Source of the DNA: a bacterium
GTDB taxonomy: Bacteria > Patescibacteriota > Patescibacteriia > JACPHY01
Direction of reading: 5' to 3'
Assembly: GCA_030646955.1 (NCBI GenBank)
Contig: JAUSKM010000015.1
Span: forward strand, 285 to 64,284
Length of the DNA: 64,000 nucleotides
Under the pieces are notes generated by a model. It was not told the DNA's origin, ran no database searches, and saw nothing but the letters and a program-made list of their open reading frames with translations. Position numbers and translations under genes: made by a program. This document shows, piece after piece, positions 56,601-64,000 of this stretch. Numbering within the stretch: position 1 is the first letter of the stretch; each line of letters opens with the position of its first letter.

Positions 56601-57355
56601 CGCTGCACTGGCGCACTTACGCCGAACGCGCCGGCGGCATGAAGCTCCGCCACGCGCTGATTTGCGCGTAGGAGCTCATCATGCGAAGTGCCCGCATCAA
56701 TCCAGAACCCCGGAAGTTCCACGGCCTCCAGGATCCCCTGCTGGACGTACCACATATTGAGATCGGTCACCTCTAATTCGCCGCGGCCCGACGGCACCAG
56801 CGAGTGGATGGCCTGGAACACCTGCGGATCGTAACAGTAGATACCCGTCTGCGCGAAGTGTGACTTCGGGTGCTGCGGTTTCTCCTCGATCGAACGGACG
56901 TTGCCGCGTTCATCAAACTCCACGACGCCGCACTGACGCGGATCCTCCACGCGCGTCACGAAGATCAACGCGCCACGCTCGCGCGCCATGAATCGCTGGA
57001 GATACGGTCGGAGATCTGCAGTAAAAATATTGTCGCCGAGGAGCATCATGATGTGCTCGCCCCCCGCGAATCGCTCCGCGAGCGCCATCGCCTGCGCAAT
57101 TCCGCCGGCCTCTTCCTGGATCTCGTACTGTAACCGTAACCCAAACTGCGCGCCCGACCGCAGGAGGTTGAGGAAGCTCCCCGCGTGCTCTGGCCCCGTG
57201 ATGAGCAGCACGTCCTCAATCCCCGCAGTCGCCATGGCCTGCAGCGGATAGTAAATCATGGGCCGATCGTAAATCGGCAGGAGGTGCTTATTGGTGACGT
57301 ACGTCAACGGCCGCAGCCGCGTCGCCCGCCCACCGGCAAGGATGACACCACGCAT
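56597..57355 (-). CDS. rfbA: Glucose-1-phosphate thymidylyltransferase
   Basis: MRGVILAGGRATRLRPLTYVTNKHLLPIYDRPMIYYPL. Start trimmed to the ATG at 57355. Its stop overlaps the rfbD start. Confidence 0.9.
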   Translation of the reverse strand: MRGVILAGGRATRLRPLTYVTNKHLLPIYDRPMIYYPLQAMATAGIEDVLLITGPEHAGSFLNLLRSGAQFGLRLQYEIQEEAGGIAQAMALAERFAGGEHIMMLLGDNIFTADLRPYLQRFMARERGALIFVTRVEDPRQCGVVEFDERGNVRSIEEKPQHPKSHFAQTGIYCYDPQVFQAIHSLVPSGRGELEVTDLNMWYVQQGILEAVELPGFWIDAGTSHDELLRANQRVAELHAAGAFGVSAPVQR

Positions 57356-57392
57356 AGAAAGATACCGTAGCACGCCCGGGCGCGCGACCCAA

Positions 57393-58220
57393 TCATCGCC
57401 GCAGTGCCCACTTCACCTGGTACTGCACGAGGGACTTCAGGTGCGTGCGGGTGAGCGGATTCTGCACGAGGGATTTAAGACCGGGCACCTGTGCCGAAGA
57501 GCGCTCGTGACCATGCTCTACGATAATGTCGCCCTTGTAGTACACCGGCCACCCGCGCGCCCAGAATGTCCGGCAGAGGTCGCAGTCCTCAAAATACATG
57601 AAGTACCGCTCGTCAAATCCACCGATCTCGCGCAGGTAACTCCCGCGGATGAACTGGGCCGCAGACACTGCCCAATCAATCGGCCGCGTCTGCGCGTGAT
57701 CCATGTCATCCATGTGAATACGGTCCACACGCCGGCGCGCCCAACGGTACTTGCGGTGGAGATCCAGTCGGTGGATCGGCTGATCAAGGAACGCAGGGAA
57801 CCGCATGCACGAGGGCTGCGTTGCTCCGCTGGGCAGCTGCAGGCGCGGTGCTGCCATCCCTATCTCCGGATTCGTTTCCATGTAGGCATGGAGCCGCTGC
57901 ACGACTTGCGGATGATCAGGAAGAAACACGATATCCGGATTCACGAGGAAGTAGTACCGCGCAGCAATCTGCCGGAGCGCGATGTTATTGCCGGATCCAA
58001 ATCCACGGTTCGACGGCGCTGCAATGACGATCGGCTCCGGCTGATAGCCATGAAACTCCCGCGCGATCGCGTCCGCGATACCGTCGCCGGACGCATTGTC
58101 CACAATGACCGGCTGCACCGCAAGCCCGCTCCCCGCGACATCACGATAGAGCGATCGCAGCATCGCGAGCACTTTCTCCTTCATCTGGTAGTTTACGGTC
58201 ACGGTGACGATGTCGTTCAT
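57393..58220 (-). CDS. Family 2 glycosyltransferase
   Basis: VTVTVNYQ...VIVDNASGDG...NRGFGSGNN...DCDLC is a GT-A/GT2 pattern. Confidence 0.8.
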   Translation of the reverse strand: MNDIVTVTVNYQMKEKVLAMLRSLYRDVAGSGLAVQPVIVDNASGDGIADAIAREFHGYQPEPIVIAAPSNRGFGSGNNIALRQIAARYYFLVNPDIVFLPDHPQVVQRLHAYMETNPEIGMAAPRLQLPSGATQPSCMRFPAFLDQPIHRLDLHRKYRWARRRVDRIHMDDMDHAQTRPIDWAVSAAQFIRGSYLREIGGFDERYFMYFEDCDLCRTFWARGWPVYYKGDIIVEHGHERSSAQVPGLKSLVQNPLTRTHLKSLVQYQVKWALRR

Positions 58221-58233
58221 ATCTTGAGCACGC

Positions 58234-59232
58234 TCACGCTGCCGTCTTCACAAACCACTGCCGCACCTCCTCCGGTGGTACGCGATAGCGCGCCATGACC
58301 TCCTTGCGGCGCTGGACCATTGCGGGCGCAAGCCGCCAGAGATCCACGAGGCCGCGGAGCGTCCCCCACTCCGCGAGCAGAAGGTACGCGAGTTTTTTCC
58401 CCTCGTACCAGAGCAGGGGCGCACTATCCACCCGCAGCGTCTTCCCGTGCTCATTCTTCAGGAGCATGAGGAGATGATTACGGTACGAGCAGCGCCGCTC
58501 AAACGCGCTGCGGCTTCCCCGCCGCCGGTGCGCAGCGGCCGTCCGATCATGCCATGCGCGCGCCGCGGGAACGAGGTGCGCCTTCCATCCTGCGCTCCGC
58601 AGACGGTACGCAAGGTCCACGTCCTCCTTGTAGCTAAAAAACTGCTCATCAAAAATCTCATTGCCGTGTGCCACCGCACGCAGCGCCGCGCGACGGTACA
58701 TCGGCAACGCGCCGGACACGCCGAACACCTCGCTGAATGCGACGCTCCCGTACGCCTCGCCAACGCCAAGCTCCGTCACATTCCGCGACCGATCCACGCG
58801 CAACCCCATCGAATCTACCGTATCCGTGCGCACATCCCGCTGCACGTCCCACCGGCAGAGCGCACCCTGCACGGCAGCGGTGGTCGGATGCGTATCCAGG
58901 AATGCACGACACCGCGCAATGTAATCCGGTGCGAGTACCGTGTCCTGATTGAGAAGCTGTACGAATACGCTCTCGGACAACGCGAACGCCTGATTATGAC
59001 CGGCGGCAAACCCGCGATTTATTGCATTGCGCACCACACGCACCCGCTGTGATCCCGATGCACGAAACCGTGCGACGTCCTGCTCAAGTGCGGCGAACGC
59101 CTCATCCGTGGATCCATTATCCACGACAACAAAATCCCAATCCTTCGCGGTCTGCTTGCGCAGCGAGGCGAAGAGATGGGGGTAGTACATCGCGCCATTC
59201 CACGCTACGAGTTGGACGGTGAGCGTTGCCAT
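58234..59232 (-). CDS. Family 2 glycosyltransferase
   Basis: TVQLVAWNG...VVVDNGSTDE...NRGFAAGHN...EDVDLAYR. Confidence 0.8.
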   Translation of the reverse strand: MATLTVQLVAWNGAMYYPHLFASLRKQTAKDWDFVVVDNGSTDEAFAALEQDVARFRASGSQRVRVVRNAINRGFAAGHNQAFALSESVFVQLLNQDTVLAPDYIARCRAFLDTHPTTAAVQGALCRWDVQRDVRTDTVDSMGLRVDRSRNVTELGVGEAYGSVAFSEVFGVSGALPMYRRAALRAVAHGNEIFDEQFFSYKEDVDLAYRLRSAGWKAHLVPAARAWHDRTAAAHRRRGSRSAFERRCSYRNHLLMLLKNEHGKTLRVDSAPLLWYEGKKLAYLLLAEWGTLRGLVDLWRLAPAMVQRRKEVMARYRVPPEEVRQWFVKTAA

Positions 59233-60071
59233 AGATCAGCGATACGCGTTGTGCCGATCGCAAACGGCCGCACGAACGCAAGAACCGCACGCTTCCACGG
59301 CGCATGGTGCTTTCCAAAGTACCGCACCATGCTCTGCGTGAATATCCGCTGTTTCGCGCTGCGTCGCACCTGCGCAAAGGATCGCCCCACGGCGTCCACG
59401 CAGGAGACGCGCGGCGTGTACGCGATCTCCCACCCCGCATCATGCGCGCGCTTACAGAAATCCACTTCCTCAAACCACAAGAAAAAATGATCATCAAGCA
59501 ACCCGATGTCGTCTATGACACGACGCCGGATGCAGAAGAAGGAACCGCGAAGAGAATCCACACGCGCCTCGCGTGCATAATCAAAATCCCGCACGAGATA
59601 CCGATCGAGCACGCGCGGAAACACATGCGGGACCTTCATGAGCAACGCCAGCTGGTCCGCGAGCTCTGGAAACCGCCGCACATGCGGCAACACTGCACCG
59701 TGCTCATCGAGCAGTCGGCACCCCGCAACGCCAACGCGCGCATTGCGTTCCTCCTGCATGAACGCGACCATGTCCGGCAACGCCCCCGGCAACACGCGCA
59801 TGTCCGGATTCAGCAACAGGACGAATGCCGCATCATGTGCAGCTGCAATCCCTTGATTGCACGCTGCTGCAAACCCCCGATTCGTATCGTTGCCAATGCA
59901 CCGGACCCGCGGGAAGGCATCACGAACCATCTCCGCGCTGCCGTCCGATGATGCGTTATCAACCACGACAACCTCGTGCGTGAGGTTGCCAGCGTGCGCC
60001 GCGATGGACTCCAGACACGTCCGCAGCCGCTCCCGCACGTTCCACGAGACGATGACGATGCACAGGTCCAT
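59205..60071 (-). CDS. Family 2 glycosyltransferase
   Basis: MDLCIVIVSWNV...VVVDNASSDGS...NRGFAAACN...EEVDFCKR. Start trimmed to the ATG at 60071. Confidence 0.8.
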   Translation of the reverse strand: MDLCIVIVSWNVRERLRTCLESIAAHAGNLTHEVVVVDNASSDGSAEMVRDAFPRVRCIGNDTNRGFAAACNQGIAAAHDAAFVLLLNPDMRVLPGALPDMVAFMQEERNARVGVAGCRLLDEHGAVLPHVRRFPELADQLALLMKVPHVFPRVLDRYLVRDFDYAREARVDSLRGSFFCIRRRVIDDIGLLDDHFFLWFEEVDFCKRAHDAGWEIAYTPRVSCVDAVGRSFAQVRRSAKQRIFTQSMVRYFGKHHAPWKRAVLAFVRPFAIGTTRIADLWQRSPSNS

Positions 60072-60163
60072 ACCGTCTCCATTCTCGCACACGAACGGCG
60101 CCAAAGCAACTCCTCAAAAAAGTAGGTTCTTCCGGCTTTCGTGTCGCCGAGTACGCTTCTTAT

Positions 60164-60235
60164 CCTCCCCCTCCCCGCACGTACTCGTGGGGGGAGGGGG
60201 AGCGAGAGGGGGAGGGGTGGCTATGGATGGGCTGT
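60164..60235 (-). repeat. About 72-bp G/C-tract element, long form, copy C
   Basis: The reverse complement acagcccatccatagccacccctccccctctcgctccccctccccccacgagtacgtgcggggagggggagg is nearly identical to 45806-45878. Confidence 0.85.
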
Positions 60236-60311
60236 GTGATCGTGCGATGCAGATGGGGCGACAACCGACAGGAAAGCCGGAAGAACCAAAAAAGTACGAC
60301 ATCGCGCCGCA

Positions 60312-60881
60312 TCACGCGTGAATCCCGTACTGCGCAACGCGCTCCGCGCAACCATGGACGGTCTGCCATGGCGTGCGCACCACATCCTCCAATTCGTGCG
60401 AAACCGATGCAGCCGCCAGCACGGAAACCGGAGCTTCCGTGAGCGGCCAAAACACATGATAGACACCCGTCGGCACGATGGCGCGCACCATATCAATATC
60501 TGCCAACACGTACACGGGATCCGGCACTGCATCACGCGGCCGATCCGCTCCTAGCACGCACGCATACTGATGCCCACGCGTGGGTGAGTCCTCTCGGAGA
60601 TCAGAAAAATACCACAACGCGCAGCCCGAGAGCGTAAAAAACCGCTCAAGATTATTCGTGTGGTGGTGCCCCGCGCGCGCGATGTGCTTCCCCATTGCGA
60701 TGGAAACGTAGAGGTTCCCCAACCCCGCACCCAAGATCGGATTCGCGCTCCCGTTACGGATAAGCTCCGCCAACATCCCACGACTATCCCCCACCACCTT
60801 CGTATGGTGCAATTCCAATCCCGCAATGGTCGTCGTCTCGACGCGAGCGTCGGCAATCACATTCGTATCGCTGTGCGTCAT
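60312..60881 (-). CDS. rfbC: dTDP-4-dehydrorhamnose 3,5-epimerase-like cupin
   Basis: VGDSRGMLAEL, GHHHT, WYFSDLREDSPTRGHQYACVL and IVPTGVYHVF fit the RmlC-type cupin pattern but are divergent. The rfb context supports the call. Confidence 0.65.
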   Translation of the reverse strand: MTHSDTNVIADARVETTTIAGLELHHTKVVGDSRGMLAELIRNGSANPILGAGLGNLYVSIAMGKHIARAGHHHTNNLERFFTLSGCALWYFSDLREDSPTRGHQYACVLGADRPRDAVPDPVYVLADIDMVRAIVPTGVYHVFWPLTEAPVSVLAAASVSHELEDVVRTPWQTVHGCAERVAQYGIHA

Positions 60882-60902
60882 ACCCCACGTATTGCTAGCA
60901 GC

Positions 60903-61925
60903 TTACCGCGGCAGGTGTGCGTTAATCTCCTCACTGCGTGTGCGGAGCTGCTCCACCCAAGCACGGTGCTCTTGATACCAGCGCACGGTGCGCTCGAGTC
61001 CTTCATGGAACCGATCGCGCGTGTACACCGGCTTCCACCCCAGCGCCTCGATCTTCGTGGCATCAATTGCGTACCGGCGATCGTGCCCCGGACGATCCTC
61101 GACAAACTGCATGAGCGATCGCGGTTTCCCAAGAATCTCAAGAATTGCGCCCACGACATCAAGATTGTTCCGCTCATTGTCCACGCCAATATTGTACACC
61201 GCCCCCGGAATCCCCGTACGGAGGAGCGTATCGAGCGCCGCGCAGTGATCCTCCACATGAATCCAGTCGCGCACGTTCTTACCATCGCCATAGATCGGCA
61301 CTGGCTGGCCAGCCATGGCGCGGAAAATCACAAACGGAATCAGCTTCTCTGGGAATTGGTACGGGCCGTAGTTATTGGAGCAGTGCGTCACGATCACCGG
61401 TGCCTTATGCGTCACGACGTAGGAACGACAGAGCAAATCACCGCCCGCTTTTGCCGCGGCGTACGGAACATTGGGTGCAAACGCGGTGTCCTCCGTGAAC
61501 CGTAATCCGTCATCCAATGCGAGCGTCCCGTACACCTCATCCGTCGAGACCTGTACGAACCGCTCGATGCCCTCCTGGCGAACCACATCAAGCAGGGTGC
61601 AGACGCCGAGGACGTTCGTGGTGACGAATGCCCGTGCACCAAGGTGAATGGAGCGATCCACATGCGTCTCTGCTGCAAAGTTGATGATGGTATTGATGTG
61701 GTGTTCCCGCACCGTCTGCAGCACCTGCGTCGCATCGGTGACGTCACCCCGCACGAACGCGTAACGCGGACCAAACTGCGCCTCAACATCCGCGAGGTTT
61801 TCAGGATTCGCTGCGTACGTCAACGCATCGAAGTTCACGATCGTCACATCCGCGTGCGCGTTGAGCACAGAGCGGATGAAATTCGAGCCGATGAATCCGG
61901 CGCCGCCGGTGACGAGCAGTCGCAT
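60903..61925 (-). CDS. rfbB: dTDP-glucose 4,6-dehydratase
   Basis: MRLLVTGGAGFIGSNF, VSTDEVYG, PYAAAKAGGD. Start trimmed to the ATG at 61925. Confidence 0.92.
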   Translation of the reverse strand: MRLLVTGGAGFIGSNFIRSVLNAHADVTIVNFDALTYAANPENLADVEAQFGPRYAFVRGDVTDATQVLQTVREHHINTIINFAAETHVDRSIHLGARAFVTTNVLGVCTLLDVVRQEGIERFVQVSTDEVYGTLALDDGLRFTEDTAFAPNVPYAAAKAGGDLLCRSYVVTHKAPVIVTHCSNNYGPYQFPEKLIPFVIFRAMAGQPVPIYGDGKNVRDWIHVEDHCAALDTLLRTGIPGAVYNIGVDNERNNLDVVGAILEILGKPRSLMQFVEDRPGHDRRYAIDATKIEALGWKPVYTRDRFHEGLERTVRWYQEHRAWVEQLRTRSEEINAHLPR

Positions 61926-61944
61926 ACGGGAAAACAACGGACGG

Positions 61945-62331
61945 TCATGAAATATCGTGACGCAACGCAAGCGCCAGCGATGCCACCGCAACCGTGGTGA
62001 GCAGTGCCATCACCGCACCCAGCGTGCCAAAACCAAGTTGCCACCACACCCATGCGCCGGCAGCAAGCGCCGCAACGATACCCCAACACACAACCATCCG
62101 GGACGGCACGGACGGCTGCGCGGACTTTGGTGCCAGCATAGCTACCCCAATGAGCGCGAGCAAGAACGCGTGCGGATTGACGACGCTGCGGACGAATCCC
62201 GGTTCAAGATCGTCCAACAACAGAAGGAGCGGGTAGAGCACGAGCAACACCGGCAGCGCCTCGCCCGCGAGGAAGTGAACGAACTGCAGCGACGAGTGAC
62301 GCATACGGTGACGCATCATCATAGACACCAT
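61945..62331 (-). CDS. Hypothetical small membrane protein
   Basis: 128 aa with about 3-4 hydrophobic helices. Start uncertain. It overlaps the upstream gene's end by 13 nt. Confidence 0.4.
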   Translation of the reverse strand: MVSMMMRHRMRHSSLQFVHFLAGEALPVLLVLYPLLLLLDDLEPGFVRSVVNPHAFLLALIGVAMLAPKSAQPSVPSRMVVCWGIVAALAAGAWVWWQLGFGTLGAVMALLTTVAVASLALALRHDIS

Positions 62332-62918
62332 GGACCCAGACAGAAGGGGTCACGTTCGGCAGTCACCGAGAGAGCACGGATGCGAATCGGACGCGCCGGA
62401 GACACCCCCGGCGCGGAAAAAATGACCCGATACACGTTCCGCTCCACCTGCCAGGCACGCTGGAGCGTGAATGGAATCTGGACCACACCAACCTCGCCAG
62501 GCAACCCGGCGCGCACGACATCCGGATGCTGCACGAGTACGGCATCACCAACAACGCCCCCATCCACGGTCTTCACATCAAACTCCCACCGCTCCGGATG
62601 CGTCCGCACGCCCACGCGGAATGGCACCTGGTGCTCATTATCGTACCGTAGCGTCACCGTGATGCGACGGAACCACCGCGGGAGCCGTAGGTTCACATAC
62701 ACCGGCTCGCCCACCAGGAACACCTCGGACTGCTCCGGCTGTCGCGCAACGCGCGGCGGCGGTCCAAATGCGGTCAGGTACGGCGTTGTGCGATTACGCA
62801 CCACGTCCGCCTCCACCGTCACCGTTCGGTCCAGCTGCACATCACGCAACGCGAGCACGACAAGGAGCGCTGCAGCAGCAGCCCAGAGCACCGCTCGAAG
62901 TACGCGCTGCTTCGTCAT
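62319..62918 (-). CDS. Hypothetical anchored/exported protein
   Basis: MTKQRVLRAVLWAAAAALLVVLAL provides the anchor, followed by a beta-rich domain. Its start overlaps the GT39-like gene's stop by 4 nt (coupled). Confidence 0.5.
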   Translation of the reverse strand: MTKQRVLRAVLWAAAAALLVVLALRDVQLDRTVTVEADVVRNRTTPYLTAFGPPPRVARQPEQSEVFLVGEPVYVNLRLPRWFRRITVTLRYDNEHQVPFRVGVRTHPERWEFDVKTVDGGVVGDAVLVQHPDVVRAGLPGEVGVVQIPFTLQRAWQVERNVYRVIFSAPGVSPARPIRIRALSVTAERDPFCLGPWCL

Positions 62919-64000
62919 AGCAATCCCATGCGATAGAGCTGTTCGCCGAACGGCATCGTTCCAACGGACGTGAACGCAAATCCGACAACTGCGGGCCTGC
63001 TTGGAGCGTACCAGTAGACAGGCGCCGTTTCCACAAGGACAGCAAGATGTCGCAGGAAGTCCGCGTCGGGTTCCTCTGAAACAAAGACGACTGCGCGTTC
63101 CGGGAAGAACGTCTTGTCCATACGGTGCGAGACGATGATCGCATCGTCGGGCGTTTCCGCAATGACCGCGCGGGCGCGTGTGCGGTGCTCAACGATCCCC
63201 CGACGCTGCTGGGCAAGCCCTTCGGTTGTACCAGTGACGATCTGCTGACTGCTCACGAGCGCGATGCCGAGCACCAGGAGCATCGCAATGATCTGCCGGA
63301 GGCGCCCGACGCGCGACACGATCCGCAAAAACCCTGTCGCCGCCCATGGCGCAAGAAGGAACACCATCGGCAGCCAGTACCGTGCGTACGAAATCGTGAA
63401 CACATTTGTTGCTCGCACCAATGGATCCGCAAGCGTCCAGGATCCGTAGAACACCATAAGCCACGCTGACAATAGAACGGTGATCATTCCTTCCCGCTTG
63501 CAGCTTGCGGCTTGCAGCTTGCGGCTTGCAGTGAACAATCCAACAATCGCAAGCGCCATGAACCACCAATACGGCACCACCATGTACTGCCAGAAGCGCT
63601 GGAGCGACGCGACAATATCCACGCCGAACGGAAAGAGGAACGCACGAATCATGCCGCCCGATCCCGCAAACTCTGTCGGCGGCGCACCGCCTGCATGCAG
63701 GAGTGCATAGCCGGTGGTGAACGGGGATCCGTACAGTTGTGCATTGAGGATGAGAATCGGAATGAACGGCAGCACAAGGCCAACAACAGCGGCAACACCC
63801 TGCGCCACTGTTGCGCGCTGCCGCCATGCGATGGCGCCTGCGAGCGTCAAGACCCAGAGTGCCTCATGCGTGCGGAACGTCAGTGCAAAGCCGATCAGAA
63901 GTCCGCCGCACAACCACCACGCCACATGCCCCCGTTTGTGCAATACGGCAGCCAATCCCATGAGGAGCAGCGCCAGGAATGGAATATTCGGCAGGAACGC
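62915..64000 (-). CDS. GT39/ArnT-like polytopic glycosyltransferase, C-terminal part (5' end beyond the window)
   Basis: Multiple TM helices followed by a soluble C-terminal domain. The frame stays open upstream of the track's Met (63961) to base 64000 (..AFLPNIPFLALLL-MGLAAV..). Family assignment rests on architecture and context only. Confidence 0.6.
   Translation of the reverse strand, partial: AFLPNIPFLALLLMGLAAVLHKRGHVAWWLCGGLLIGFALTFRTHEALWVLTLAGAIAWRQRATVAQGVAAVVGLVLPFIPILILNAQLYGSPFTTGYALLHAGGAPPTEFAGSGGMIRAFLFPFGVDIVASLQRFWQYMVVPYWWFMALAIVGLFTASRKLQAASCKREGMITVLLSAWLMVFYGSWTLADPLVRATNVFTISYARYWLPMVFLLAPWAATGFLRIVSRVGRLRQIIAMLLVLGIALVSSQQIVTGTTEGLAQQRRGIVEHRTRARAVIAETPDDAIIVSHRMDKTFFPERAVVFVSEEPDADFLRHLAVLVETAPVYWYAPSRPAVVGFAFTSVGTMPFGEQLYRMGLL
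63496..63531. repeat. Heptanucleotide tandem repeat (5 copies) inside the GT39-like CDS
   Basis: The coding strand reads ctgcaag ccgcaag ctgcaag ccgcaag ctgcaag (equivalently a 14-mer x 2.5). Translated as TASRKLQAASCK. Confidence 0.85.

Overview
GC-rich (judged by eye, not computed), very gene-dense bacterial chromosomal window. Almost every credible gene is on the minus strand. Recognisable housekeeping genes: rnhA, recJ, lepA, murJ, hpf, dnaX, cysS, the hrcA-grpE-dnaK-dnaJ operon with a CIRCE operator, a split dcw cluster (mraY-ftsW-[alkD-like]-murG ... ftsI-murF), rpmA, pyrG, rplI, an S41 protease, murA, and a dTDP-rhamnose/glycosyltransferase cluster (rfbD-rfbA-3xGT2-rfbC-rfbB ... GT39-like). 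There are three tRNAs: Gln-CUG, Glu-CUC and Lys-UUU. The accessory content is a 1613-aa surface protein, PEGA, FN3 and tail-fibre-like proteins, an orphan VirD4/TraD-like ATPase and a short HrcA. This fits an uncultivated, possibly CPR/Patescibacteria-like lineage, but that is inference only. Most notable observations follow. (1) A two-gene module next to tRNA-Glu: a SpoT-type HD + CofE-like fusion followed by an unknown-domain/PRTase/coiled-coil/LOG(SLOG) fusion. I cannot assign it to a named pathway, and it is my best candidate for an undescribed nucleotide-centred system. (2) Two families of short palindromic repeats are scattered through intergenic DNA and also sit in frame inside housekeeping genes (lepA, dnaX, cysS, rfbD, murG). 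One is a G/C-tract family; the other is a GTCATT..AATC family with compensatory base changes. (3) Lower-GC islets lie beside tRNA-Gln and inside the doxX locus; the doxX one has a duplicated doxX 5' end. (4) A heptanucleotide tandem repeat lies inside a GT39-like gene. (5) An in-frame TAG replaces a conserved Trp codon in an SRPBCC-VOC fusion gene. Many long ORFs in the supplied track are antisense or out-of-frame artefacts of high GC and were rejected. The track also counts GTG/TTG as starts, so several N-termini were trimmed to the first plausible ATG. No rRNA, CRISPR array, transposase, integrase or reverse transcriptase was recognised.
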